Assembly: GCA_951406725.2 (NCBI GenBank)
Contig: OX597830.1
Span: forward strand, 78,058,001 to 78,122,000
Length of the DNA stretch: 64,000 nt
Reading direction: 5' to 3'
From: Octopus vulgaris
Lineage: Eukaryota
Part shown: positions 43,586 through 56,739 of the stretch, one piece after another
Position numbering within the stretch: the first letter of the stretch is position 1
How the letters are laid out: each line of letters starts with the position of its first letter
Position numbers and translations under genes: made by a program
Notes under the pieces: generated by a model
Databases searched by the model: none
Seen by the model: the letters and a program-made list of their open reading frames with translations, nothing else
What the model was told of the DNA's origin: nothing

Positions 43586-43970
43586 GGCGCAGGAGTGGCT
43601 GTGTGGTAAGTAGCTTGCTAACCAATCACATGGTTCCGGGTTCAGACCCACTGCGTGGCACCTTGGCCAAGTGTATTCTACTATAGCCTCGAGCCGACCA
43701 ATGCCTTGTGAGTGGATTTGGTTGACGGAAACTGAAAGAAGCCCGTCGTATATATGTATATATATGTATCTTTGAGTGTCTGTGTTTGTCCCCCTAGCAT
43801 TGCTTGACAACCGATGCTGGTGTGTTTATGTCCCCGCCACTTAGCGGTTCGGCACAAGAGACCGACAGAATAAGTACTAGGCTTACAAAGAATAAGTCCC
43901 AGGGTCGATTTGCTCCACTAAAGGCGGTGCTCCAGCATGGTCGCAGTCAAATGACTGAAACAAGTAAAAG
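43586..43970 (+). mobile_element. SINE family B, well-preserved copy
   Basis: ggcgcaggagtggctgtgtggtaag...ccagcatggtcgcagtcaaatgactgaaacaagtaaaag. Confidence 0.9.
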
Positions 43971-44180
43971 ATTATGTGTGTATTTATGTGTGCTAAGTAC
44001 CTTGCTTACCAACCACGGGTTCAGTTCCACTGCGTGGGACCTACTATAGCCTCGCTCCGACTAAAACATTGTGAGTGGATTTGGTAGACGGAAACTGAAA
44101 GCGGTTGGTAGGGAACAAACACAAGCGTAAATACACACAAACACAGACACACACAACACACACACACAACACACACACAC

Positions 44181-44241
<61 letters not shown>

Positions 44242-44800
44242 ACACATCTACACACACACACACACACATACACACACATCTACACAACAGGCTTTTACAG
44301 AGTTTCCGTCGCTAAATTTCCTCACACGATATTAGTCGGCCCACAACCGTGGCAGACGACACTTACCTTACGTACCGCGTAGTGATACTGAACCCAAAGC
44401 AACACTGTTACTAAGGGAGCTTCTAAACCACTCGGCCATGGTCTGAGTGTACATAGAATACACACAAACACACATAGAAAGTCATAAACGGTAATGAAAC
44501 GCATGCACATGCGTACTAAAATAACATGCAAACCCACGATAGGAGAGTAAGTTTATCTACACATGCACCTACGTATTTGCTTACACCAAGAGATTCCTAT
44601 ATCCACAAACCCAAAGAGTTGTCTTCACTTAAACAAAAGCAATTTTGTTATTTTATTAGCGACTTGGTTGAACTCTGTGAAGTGAAAACAATCCCAATGC
44701 AAAAAAACAAAACAAAGAAAAACATATACAGACGGTCGAACATACACATGTATGTACATACACACAAACATACATTTATATGTGTGTATATTATTGTAAC

Positions 44801-44843
<43 letters not shown>

Positions 44844-44879
44844 ATATACACACATATACATGCACATATATATTATGTA

Positions 44880-44925
<46 letters not shown>

Positions 44926-45080
44926 TATATATATATATATATATATATTCATGTATGTATATATATATACACACATATATATGTATATATCTTACATTAT
45001 CAAATAATTTTGCCGCCTCACAATGTTTGTGTGAATACAGACAGACAGGCAGACACACACACACACACACGTATATGTGC

Positions 45081-45114
<34 letters not shown>

Positions 45115-45440
45115 GTCTAATCATTGTCGGTCGCAAAAATTACCACATGTTCAAACTGTGAAGCACCACAACCGCAATCACAAACATAACAACAGCAATC
45201 CATTCCCACCGTCTCCACATCCATGATGTACCCACAAACATTTGTATTCTGACTCAGCCTCAGAACCATCGTCTACCTCCCTCCCTCCTCCTCCTCCACC
45301 ACCACCGCCCCTACCAAGGGTCATCGCCACCACTTCCATAAGTCTTCAGATCTGATCACAGTGGACGTACTTAAAATATAAATATAAAATATAAGAGGTC
45401 CTGGTGTAGATTCTACCGACATTGTCGTCGAAATCGCCCG

Positions 45441-46660
45441 TAATAACAATAGCAACAACAACAACAACAACAATAACAACAACAACAACAACAACAATAG
45501 CAACATCAACAGCATCAGCGTCATCATATTGTACTATAACGAGAATAACAACAATTACAACAATAGCAACAGCAAATACATGAGCGTCATCATGTTGCAC
45601 AAACACAGCAATAGCAACAGGATCAATAGCAACCGCAACAACATGAACACTGCTATCGTCATTATGCAAAACAACAATAGCAACAGTATGAACGTCATCG
45701 TTATCATGTTGCACAACCACAGCAATAGCAACAACATCAACAGCAGCATCGATAGCAACAGCAACGCAAGGGCATCATGATGATGAGGATACAAAACAAC
45801 AATAGCGACAACAAGATAGCGACAACAAGATCAAAAGCAACAGCAAGATCAATAGCAACAAAATGAATAGCTAAAACAACAACAAAATCAATAGCAGCAA
45901 AATGAATAGCTAACACAACAACAGCAACAATAGCAACATCAACATCATCATCATGTACAGTAACTACAATAGCAACATCACCATCATCAACAACAATAAC
46001 GACAATAGTAACGTTAGAAACACCAATAGCAACAATAGTAACAACAAGGACGCCATCGTCATTATGATGTACCATAACGATAGTGACAACAACAATAACG
46101 ACAACAGCAACAGCAACCGCAATAGCAACATCTACGACAGCATCGTTTTTTTTTGATGTACAACAACAATAGCAATATCGACTAGAAGAATAGTAAGAAT
46201 AGCAACAACAATTGCAACATCAAAAAGAACGTCATCGTACTGTATAACTACAAGAAAAGCAATAATCGCAACAACGCAACAGCAAGAACACCATCGTCAA
46301 ACACAGCAATAGCAACAACAATATCGGCAGCGGCAACAATAACGGCGTTATCATACTGTGCAATAGCAACAATCGCCACATCAACAACAATAGCGTTATC
46401 ATACTGTACACAAGCAAGAGTAGCAACAATAGCAACAACAGCAAGAACAAGAACACCATTGTCATGATGAATAGCAACAGGAGCATCATCGTCAAGCAGC
46501 AATAGCAACAATGATATCGACAGCTTCGACAATAGCAACATCAACATCAGCGGTATCATATTGCACAATAGCAACAGTAGCAACAACAGCAATGCGCAAC
46601 AACATTATCAACATCATTACCTACATCAGCAATAATAGCAACAATAAAAACTCCAATAAA
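45441..46660. repeat. Degenerate AAC/AGC/ATC trinucleotide-based minisatellite
   Basis: Recurrent caacaatagcaacagcaa and catcgtcatcatgttg-like blocks over ~1.2 kb. Confidence 0.85.
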
Positions 46661-47197
46661 ACAGGACAGCAAAATCAACATCGTTTATTTCTTCCTTCTT
46701 TCCTTTCTCCTCTCCTTTTTAATTTTATTACACACACATACATCTTCACACATACACACACATACACAAATACATACGCACATACACAAACACAAACACA
46801 TACACACATATCGCTGTTTCCTTTTCCTTTTTTTTTCATTTTATTTTACTTCTCTCCTCTCTCTACACTCTCGCATCGTCTCTGTCTCCCCCATTCTCTC
46901 TAAGTTCTTTCCTTTACTATTCATGGCTTCTTTCGTTCTCTTTTTCTGCCCTTCTCTGTCTGTCTGTTTGTCACTTTCCTCCACCCACCCCTCTCGCTTT
47001 CTCTCACTGTGTGTGCATGTGTGTGTGTGTGTGTGTATGTGTGTTTTACGTGAGCATGAATGTATGTGCGTATGTAGATAGATAGATAGATAGATAGATA
47101 AATAGATATGTACGAATATATATATATGTGTGTGTATATATGTACATGTGTTTGCGTGTTTGTGCACGCGAGTGTGTGACTGTGTGTATGTGTGTGC

Positions 47198-47233
<36 letters not shown>

Positions 47234-47414
47234 AACAGACAGACAGACAGACAGATGACAAGGATGTCAAATTACGGTAATGTACTGAGCGATAGTGAAA
47301 GCTGTCTTATCAACAGGAGATATGACGGACAGGGAATGGAGATAGAAATGACGGAACAGATGTTTGTGAGTTGAGGGACGTATTGGATACGTATGTATGT
47401 ACATATATATGCAT

Positions 47415-47450
<36 letters not shown>

Positions 47451-48039
47451 AGCCAAAATGAACTAAGGGAAATACTTCAGAGGCACGCATTTGAATAACG
47501 AAGTCAGCAAAGATATATACAGGCATATTAAATACCATATATCTTTAATTCTTGTTTTAATCATTTAACCAGGGTAGTGGTTGAATATATTCTTAAGTCC
47601 ACCATTGCGTCTATCGCAGCAGCTTCCAAGCTTCACTACTAATTCAGTTCTCAACTAAATTGCAAACTGTTAACAGTTTTAAAGAGGACATCTCTTCAGC
47701 TACATTTTGGCATAAATAGTTTGAGATTTGGTTCAATAGAAAAAAAATTACATCGAAATATCTGCGACCTCAAGGTGGGCAGTAGGGCACCTATTCACCT
47801 TCAATTAACATAAACTTTTTAACGTTAAATAAAAGTATATCTTTCTCAGGTGTAAATGATAGAAAAATGTATGAGAAATTCAGAATCGTTAGTCGCATTG
47901 AACAAAAATTAGTTGAAGAAAAGTTATGGGGTGAAATGCCACGAAATGTCATATCAGTGAGTAAGAGAGTAAGGAAGTAACGATTAGCAATAAGAATAAT
48001 AAAGAATATATTGCTAAAATGAAAGCTTACGTCTTAAGT

Positions 48040-48224
48040 CGGCGAGCTGGCAGAAACGTTAGCACGCCGGGCAAAATGCTTAGCGGCATTTCGCCCGTCG
48101 CTACGCTCTGAGTTCAAATTCTGTCGAGGTCAACTTTGCCTTTCATCCTTTCGGGGTCGATTAAATAAGTACCAGTTACGCACTAGGGTCGATATAATCG
48201 ACTTAATCCGTTTGTCTGTCCTTT
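48040..48224 (+). mobile_element. SINE family A
   Basis: Family A head and body; inverted relative to 49107-49272. Confidence 0.9.
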
Positions 48225-48454
48225 TGACTTACTCTCTTACTTCTGCCGATGATATATGCATATATGCATATATGTGTAAAAAAATCTCATCATGCAATCA
48301 AACCAATGAAAGAGCCTCTACCCGGTCACTCGACACGCTAAAAATAGCAGCCAATGGATCCCCTACCCAGTATTTTATAAGGTAAAATCTTAAGTTATTA
48401 ATTGACACTTTATCAATTATCTTATAACATGAATGACTGGAAAAATCATGGATT

Positions 48455-48939
48455 ACATGGAAAAATGCGAGCATTAAAAGTAATATTCTTAAGATTATAA
48501 ACCTGAAAAAGTACAAGTTATTACACCTGTAAAAGTATAGGACAAACTATTACTTCAAGTAAAGTAAAGAATAATAAACTTTTTACTTAAAATATCGCAG
48601 CTAAAATTAATATTTGAATATTATAACATATTTTATTATAGTTTACAAATAACACTGTGCTTATTTAAGTAGAATTTAGCTAATTTACTACCTTAAATAC
48701 AAAAAAAGTAATTAATTAGACAAACTTACAAATTAGCTGAACAGTTTTGTACAATAAATTAAAAGGATGAGCGATAAATTAGAAGAACTGGCATTCTTTG
48801 CTGCAATAGTTTAAGTAAAAGGTTTTTTATTCTTTACTTTACTTGAAGTAATAGTTTGTCCTATACTTTTACTGGTCCTGTACTTTTCCAGGTTTATAAT
48901 CTTAAGTATATTATTTTTCATGCTCACATTTTTCCATGT
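48455..48939. mobile_element. MITE-like element with ~130-bp terminal inverted repeats
   Basis: acatggaaaaatg...gtaaaagtataggacaaactattacttcaagtaaagtaaagaataa (48455-48590) is reverse-complementary to 48811-48939; TSD unclear. Confidence 0.8.
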
Positions 48940-49272
48940 CAATTACATCGACCCTAGTGTCTCATTAGTATTCAATTTATCGACCCTGAAAGGATAAAAG
49001 GCAAAGTCGACCCCAGCGGAATTTGAACTCAGAACCTAAGGACAGGCAAAATGCCTGTTTCTATTTCTTTACTGCTCACAAGGGGCTACACACAGAGGGG
49101 ACAAACAAGGACAGACAAACGGATTAAGTCGATTATATCGACCCCAGTGCGTAACTGGTACTTATTTAATCGACCCTGAAAGGATGAAAGGCAAAGTTGA
49201 CCTCGGCAGAATTTGAACTCAGAACGTAGCGACGGGCGAAATGCCGCTAAGCATTTTGCCCGGCGTGCTAAC
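48940..49272 (-). mobile_element. SINE family A, dimeric form
   Basis: Reverse complement of the 4314-4704 architecture. Confidence 0.85.
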
Positions 49273-50183
49273 GATTCTACTAGCTCTCTGCCTTAAATCT
49301 GTAAATAATAATGATAGTATTTTAGAAACCATGACCGTGCAATGATGTAAGAAAATAGTCTAGAAACCCTCGACGGAATAAAGAGATGTGGGTTCGAGTC
49401 CCACACGTACGGGAAACCTAGTTCTTTTTTCCTATGAGGGTTTACATGCCCTAATATTAGACTATTTTGTTTAGTCATTTACCGGTGATTACTTATAAGC
49501 TCTAATCTTATAGAATACTATTAGCATTATTTACCCTATATATATATAGGGGTGTCTTTCGCTGTATTTATCCCACCACCACTCGACAACTCGTGTTGGT
49601 GTGCTTACGTCCCCGTAACTTAGGAGTTCGGTAAAAAAAAGGCCGATAGAATAATTACCAGGATTTAAAAGATAACTCCTGGGGACCATTTTTTGACTAA
49701 AACTATTCAAGGTACTGCCTCAGCATGGCCGCAGTTAAGTGACTTAAACAAATATAAAAAAAACCCAAAGATAAATAAAATAGCTAAGAGAAATAACTCA
49801 GTGTGATCAATAGCAAGAATTTGGACAACAAAGGCAAAGGAACAATAAATAACACGCAATATTAATTCCTGCAAGCGACGAGGAGCATAGAGAGAACGGG
49901 AAACATTGACGCACAAACGTAGGACGGCGAGTGGGAACGGTTAATGGAAGTCGGCATAACTACCCGGAAGACAAGTTGGGTATAGGTTGGAAATATTTAT
50001 TAAAAACTTTATTAAGGATTTAATATGAAGAAAAGAGTTTCTAAAATTAAAAAAAACTGGAACTTAATCATGTATACAATCTAATATGCTAAGAGAAATG
50101 ATGTTACCCATATATACATACATACACATACATACATATATATATACATATATACATATATATATTTTTTCACACACACACAC

Positions 50184-50254
<71 letters not shown>

Positions 50255-50329
50255 CACAGACACATATTTTATATACACACATGCATATATATATATCCAC
50301 ACATATTATATATACATATGTATATTCAT

Positions 50330-50455
50330 AAAACCTTTCTGTCGAAGAGCGTATGCTCGAAACATCAAAGACTTTTCGATTCTTCCTGTGCGTTAAACTA
50401 ATACGCCTGCTTGTTGTTCCTTCACCTGTCTTCGTTTTTGTTTTCTGTAAATTTG

Positions 50456-50460
<5 letters not shown>
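50330..50460 (+). mobile_element. Short (TA)n-anchored Penelope-like repeat
   Basis: CTGTCGA-A-GAGC-gtat-GCTC-GAAACATC at 50339-50366; homologous to 12025-12215. Confidence 0.6.
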
Positions 50461-50487
<27 letters not shown>

Positions 50488-50664
50488 CAGGGCAGAGATG
50501 TAGAAAAGACTTGAATAATATGTCATTTGTGTTTTAAACCCTGTCAGGCAGCAGCTGGTTTTAAAAGTCATCTGAGGGCTCATCAACGGAGGGATTGGGC
50601 TGTGTGATGGGATGTGAAGTGTGTGTTGATGGGACGGCAATCATCTGTCAAGATGAAGCAAATA

Positions 50665-50803
<139 letters not shown>

Positions 50804-50870
50804 AGCAATTATGCGGATAAACAAATTAAATATAACAGCTTGGATTTGATATACAATATATTGCTGTCTT

Positions 50871-50944
<74 letters not shown>

Positions 50945-51409
50945 CAGACAGAAAGAAAGCAACGAGACAGAGAGAAAACAATATGTGTATTTAAGTATAA
51001 ATATATGGATATTTATATATTAATAGATCAAACTTACACAGAGTACAAATGGGAAATAAATAAGCCTTACATTTCAGATGATGAAATGTAAGATTTCTTT
51101 TTTCTACTCTGATGGCGAAGGCTCGAATTTTTTCGACCCTGATGACGAAAGCACGATTTAGCCAATTTTTATTTGCGTCCATTACTGGTGGTATATATTG
51201 GTGAACTACCTCTACCAAGATTATGATGTATATCCACGCCCCAGATACAGTTGTTGGATTTGTAACACCTTGCCTCCTTTTAAATGTTCTCTGTCGTTTG
51301 TTCTATGTATGTTTTTTTCTATTACTATATAAATATCTATATATTTATACCTAAACATTCATCGTCTGAAAATCTTCAGTCTTTGCCTTCTTTCAGTTTC
51401 TATGTATAC

Positions 51410-52280
51410 ATAAGTAGGTTCCTGGACTAGTTATGTTTAATAATAAAATAAATAACTTATTTACCTAAGTTTTACCATCATCTCTTTCGAAATAGTCACC
51501 TTGCGCAGCAACACCTCCCCCTGCGTTCCTGTCACTTTTGGAATCTAGCGAGGAAGCCATTTCCGTAAGCAAGTCGAGGGCCTTTTGTGCTTAGCTCTGG
51601 ATCTCGACAACGGTGTTAAAACGGTGACCTTTGAGCTGTATTTTCATTTTGGGGAAGAGATGGCGAATAGGGCGGGTGCAGAAGCGATACCGTGTTGTCT
51701 TTTGGCGAGAAACTCACGTGAGGGGAGCTCGGTGACAGGGTGCATTGTTATCGTAAGGAGTCCAATTCTTCACATTCCACAGATTCGGTCACTTTCGCTT
51801 AGCGTCCTCCCTCAAACGCTTTAAAACGTCGCAGTAAAATTCTCGATTGACGGCCTGGCCCTGTAGGATGAATTCTCGATACACAATACCACATTTCCGG
51901 GAGTGACGCTCGTGGCAGGTCTTCCAGAACGCTCATCATTTTCCAGGGGCGCTCTTCTGTTTTTGAAGCGCCCGTGCCACTCGAAACTTTGCGTATGAGC
52001 CATTGCGACGTCGCCGTAAGCTTGATGAACCATGCTCAATGTCTCTGTAGCAGACTCTCCAAGTTTAGCGCAAAATTTCACTTTGACTCTTTGTTCCTGT
52101 CCATGACAAAATCGCAGACTACAGCATACATGTGGTCACAAAAACACAAATTTCACTACTTGTGAAGTAAGCACAGTAATGTCATTCGGTACACTGCTAG
52201 TTCTCGTTGCGCACGCAACCGTGTACTACCATCTGTTGGTGCGCTACAGAACTAGCCCGGAAACGTTTTGATGTTACCTG
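51410..52280 (-). mobile_element. Internally deleted mariner (Mos1/SETMAR-type) transposon
   Basis: KFCAKLGESATETLSMVHQAYGD...FEWHGRFK...LENDERSGRPATS HTH; QGQAVNREFYCDVLKRLRE and DNNAPCHRA remnants; degenerate TIRs (ttcc.gg.ctagtt). Confidence 0.9.
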
Positions 52281-52753
52281 GATTCGTCTTATAGCCACTC
52301 TTTAAAGACACCAGAGTCTAAGTTCGAATAATTTGAGCGCTACAAAGTGTTTTCTATACCAAGAATCTCTGGATCTCGTGTGTTGACTGTAATTTAGATC
52401 GTTAAAAGAGACAAGGAACCAATTGTTAAGTACTGAAGTGGTCAGTCCTTACCACTTTATCACTTTATTATCTCTAAATGCTTAATTTTATTCTCCATTT
52501 TTACACTTCGGTCTGTTTAATTCTTACAATCTCACTATTAAGATAGAATGATACTTTATAGCCAACCAGACACATTTCTTTTCTTTTGTTTATTCCTGCG
52601 TTTTTAAAATTTTTTCATCGTAATTGCATCCTGTTTGTCGCTATATCTATGGGGTTTGTTTTGCCTGTAAATTGTTGAAAATACATCAAGTTGGGCATGC
52701 ATTTTCACATGGAGTGAAATGACGAGAAGATATAACAAAGAACCTTTTTAAAC

Positions 52754-52831
52754 AATCACCTGACGATGAGCATTTAACACCTCACCAATGTACTAAAGGT
52801 GTAAAAATGTGTAGAAACAATTGTAGTGGTT
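52754..52831 (+). ncRNA. Type I hammerhead ribozyme (minimal, Penelope-type)
   Basis: Stem I aatcac/gtggtt; CTGACGA 52760-52766; imperfect stem II gcattt..acacct/aggtgt..aaatgt; GAAAC-AATT-GTA 52814-52825 with palindromic ACAATTGT. Confidence 0.7.
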
Positions 52832-53027
52832 TTAGATAAAGAATGTCGTTAATTCCATTTTCTATCAATAAGCTAACTATCTATATAGCAAAATAATTGA
52901 GATTCATATGAATTAGGTACTGAAGTTGAAGCTCCAAAACTTAATGCGGTATTATCCGTACAACTTCAAGAAATAGTGAATAAAATCAAAATAAGCAACA
53001 AGATATCCAGAGGTGATGCAGTACGAA

Positions 53028-53079
53028 CGTTTCAAGCGGCTCCAATTAATTGTTCACTTAAATGGAGCCGCTTGAAACG
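53028..53079. repeat. Perfect 17-bp inverted repeat (52-nt hairpin)
   Basis: cgtttcaagcggctcca / tggagccgcttgaaacg. Confidence 0.95.
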
Positions 53080-53089
53080 GCTCTATTTA

Positions 53090-53211
<122 letters not shown>

Positions 53212-53220
53212 TAGATAGAA

Positions 53221-53259
<39 letters not shown>

Positions 53260-53268
53260 TAGATAGAT

Positions 53269-53306
<38 letters not shown>

Positions 53307-53637
53307 TAGATATAGATATATACACTTACTCACACTCGCATATATATATATACTGATATGCGTGTGTGTGTTTGTACTCTTCCTTTGTAGTTAATGTAAA
53401 TGTGTATTTAGATTATCGTCGTCGCAGCTCCTGCTGCTGTGATTGTTGTTGTTGTTGTTGTATAGCTGCCATTTCTGATATTGCGGCTGGCTATAATTAG
53501 TCATTTAGTCATAGTAAGAAATGATGCTGAAGAAAGATAGAAGCAAAAAATGTTCAAAGAGATGTCGGAAGTATGGTTGACAAAGAGCAAAATATTTCTA
53601 TGTTACAAACAGCACCACTGCCACCGTCAACACCATA

Positions 53638-53714
<77 letters not shown>

Positions 53715-53731
53715 CACCACCACCACCACCG

Positions 53732-53809
<78 letters not shown>

Positions 53810-53885
53810 TACTACTGGTAGTAGTAGTTATGGTATTGGTGGTTGGTGGTTGGTGGTGGCAGTGCTGCTGTTCGTAACAGAAATA

Positions 53886-53926
<41 letters not shown>

Positions 53927-53927
<1 letters not shown>

Positions 53928-55057
53928 TTTTTTTTTTCTTCTTTCAAATTTGCTTCCATTTCTTGCCGAGTGTCTTCCCGACTCCTAGGGCAAAGAAACT
54001 CATAGTATACTTTGGTAGGCCATTAAACCAAACTCAGTAGTTCGTTCATTTTTTTTTTTTTTTTTTAAAGTTAAATTAAAATACATGAGCAGCAACAGTT
54101 CTCACATCGACAATGCTCTTCTCAATACGTGTGATGTACCAGTTAAGACAATCTTTTGCACTTCTTGCAGGGATGGTAAGCCAGGGATCATTCTCATATA
54201 ATTTTCGGTTCCCTTCTTGATCATTCCTAGTGCTCCTACGATCACTGGTATTGTAACCGCCTTGAGATGCCACATTTTCTCAATTTCAATGAGTAGGTCT
54301 TTATATTTTCTGAGCTTGTCAAACTCTTTCGCTGAGATATTATGATCACAGGGGATGCTCATGTCGATCAATAAGCAAACTTTATTGTTTTGGTCTTTCA
54401 CAACAATATCTGGTTTATTGGCCTTGATGGTTCGGTCTGTATGTACTGGAAAGTCCCACAGAATGGTTACATTTTCTCCTTCAGTTACAGCCTCAGGGTG
54501 GTGATTATACCACTTGTCGGCAGTTTTGATATTGTAATGCCGACTTATTAGCCAGTGGAGATATTGGCCAACTCTGTCATGTCTTAATTTATACTCCACT
54601 GGTGCTAAGACTTTACATCCAGAGATTAGGTGGTCCACTGTTTCAATCATGTCGTTGCAGAATCGGCATTTTGGGTCTGCTCCATTTTTCATCACATTGG
54701 CCCGGTAGTTCCGGGTTAATAGGCTTTGATCTTGAGCAGCCAGGATGAAACCTTCGCTCTCTGCTTTTAGCCCTGAGCTCCGTAGCCACTGATGGGTTCG
54801 CTTCTGGTCAACATCAGCTTGTTTGCTGCGGGTCACATATTTGCCGTGCAGAGGTTTCTCCTCCCACCTATCAGCCAATTGCTCGTGCGCTTTTTTCATT
54901 GCTATCATTTTCACCTTCTTTGCAACGATAGTTGCCGTACTTCCCTCGGGTTGTTCAGTTTGGGTATCCTGCACGAGATCAATATACCTCGGGTTGTTCA
55001 GTTTGGGTATCCTGCACGAGATCAATAGCAAACTTTTTGCTTTCCTTTATGATAGAA

Positions 55058-55060
<3 letters not shown>
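53927..55060 (-). mobile_element. 5'-truncated R4/Dong-clade non-LTR retrotransposon inserted in (TAA)n
   Basis: RLE-type ORF plus 3' UTR; (TAA)n tracts at both ends (53889-53926, 55058-55144). Confidence 0.9.
54102..55031 (-). CDS. R4/Dong ORF C-terminus: CCHC zinc knuckle and restriction-like endonuclease (RT domain missing)
   Basis: LHGKY, AAQDQ, CRFC-x7-H-x4-C (CRFCNDMIETVDHLISGC), RHD, KPDIVV...LLIDMSIP, KLRKYKDL, PVIVGALG; 309 aa without stops. Confidence 0.9.
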   Translation of the reverse strand: MLLISCRIPKLNNPRYIDLVQDTQTEQPEGSTATIVAKKVKMIAMKKAHEQLADRWEEKPLHGKYVTRSKQADVDQKRTHQWLRSSGLKAESEGFILAAQDQSLLTRNYRANVMKNGADPKCRFCNDMIETVDHLISGCKVLAPVEYKLRHDRVGQYLHWLISRHYNIKTADKWYNHHPEAVTEGENVTILWDFPVHTDRTIKANKPDIVVKDQNNKVCLLIDMSIPCDHNISAKEFDKLRKYKDLLIEIEKMWHLKAVTIPVIVGALGMIKKGTENYMRMIPGLPSLQEVQKIVLTGTSHVLRRALSM

Positions 55061-55145
<85 letters not shown>

Positions 55146-55199
55146 TCTTTTATTAGTCTCTGAGATATAGATGAGGGGAATATCACAAAGACATAATAA

Positions 55200-55830
55200 T
55201 TTGTGTGGTGATTTACAAAAAGGACGAAGAGAAAGAAATGGAAAAGACAGAGAAATGGTATATAAATATACGTCGTATACAAAATATGTGATAACATGAA
55301 GATGCGGTCCTTCTGATACAGGATAAACTCCAGCTGGGGCCCGTCAAGGAACCCCACAGATCCAGGATTACCCTGACCACCAAAGGTACGAGTTCTCTCT
55401 CCTGCTCTCCAATAAAAAAGCGCACACTTAGAGCAGGTCCATTCACTCTAAATATTTTTGTCACAGTCACCCACCTTTTTACAAGCTCATTGGGAGGTAG
55501 CAATGCCCTCTCCGCTCTCACTTTCTTTTCCAAGTGGAACCTAAAGAAGTCGAACTTGATCGAAGAGAAAGGTGTCTTTCCGCAATCCTTTCAGCTTCGT
55601 CCACCACATAACTTCTTTCGATATTGTCCCTAGACAATGGTCCCTGCCCTGCCTTGCTAAAGGTAGGCGATGATGAGCGATTCTCACAATAGATTGACCT
55701 TTTTTTTGCCTTTCTTGTCGCGATGTGGATTCATCTGGTTTATCAGATAGAAAGTTTTCTAAATTTTTTTGAGCACATCCACATGTACTCCTCGTTGATC
55801 TCTAAGGTCTTTTGGCAAAGTATTGAAAAA
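55200..55830 (-). mobile_element. Probable L1/Tx1-clade LINE 3' fragment
   Basis: FFRFHLEKKVRAER...LVKRW resembles the Tx1 ORF2 C-terminus; T-rich 3' UTR follows. Confidence 0.5.
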
Positions 55831-56263
55831 TTATGGGCGTTTTAAATCAAAGCTTTTATAGTAATGGGTCCATACACGCACATATACACATATATACATA
55901 TACTTACACATGCTCTCACACACAGAAATAAGTATAAACTTGGTGTTACTTTTATTTCGTGCTACTTTATTTACATATATTTCTGTATTCGAGAATTTAT
56001 TAATTATCTCACTATAAATGCTGTTAATAAATGCACTTTCTAAGTGCAGTTCACAAAGCTACCGAACCCATTTTCAAACAGAGTTGAAACAAGGATCACA
56101 AGTACACAAGGATGTGTATTGCAGGATTAGATGGTCTCCCAACTGCATAGACAAAGACTTAATTAATTAATTACTAAATACAGAAGCATATGTAACAGAT
56201 GAAATAAAGGAGTAACAAGTTCACGCTTCATGTTTCTCTTTCAATATATATATATATGTATGA

Positions 56264-56739
56264 GGGCGGCGAGATGGCAGAAACGTTAGAGATGCATTGC
56301 TCTTATGTTAGAATCGATAATTAATTGAGCAAGAAGGGCGCAGGATTGACGGAATCGTCAAAAATTCAGACAAATTGGTTAGCGATATTTCGTCTACCGC
56401 TAACTGCTAACTCCTGATTTCAAATTCCGCCGAGGTCGACTTTGCCTTTCATCCTTTCGGCGTCGATAAATTAAGTACCAGTTACGCACTGGGGTCGATG
56501 TAATCGACTTAATCCGTGTGTCTGTTCTTGTTTGTCCCTTCTGTGTTTAGCCCCTTGTGGGTAGTAAAGAAATAGGTATTTCATCTGTCTTTATGTTCTG
56601 AGTACAAATTCTCCCGAGGTCGACTTTGTCTTTCATACTTTCGGAGTCGATAAATTAAGCACCAGTTACGTACTAGGGTCAATCTAATCGACTGGACTCC
56701 TCCCACAAAATTTCGGGCCTTGTGCCTAGAGTAGAAGAA
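56264..56739 (+). mobile_element. SINE family A, dimeric, with duplicated or interrupted head
   Basis: Same double body and cccacaaaatttcgggccttgtgcctagagtag tail as 4314-4704. Confidence 0.85.

Noticed and set aside
49335-49415. tRNA-like T-arm gtgggttcgagtcccac
   Set aside because: Only the T-arm is recognisable; no cloverleaf; probably a decayed SINE head
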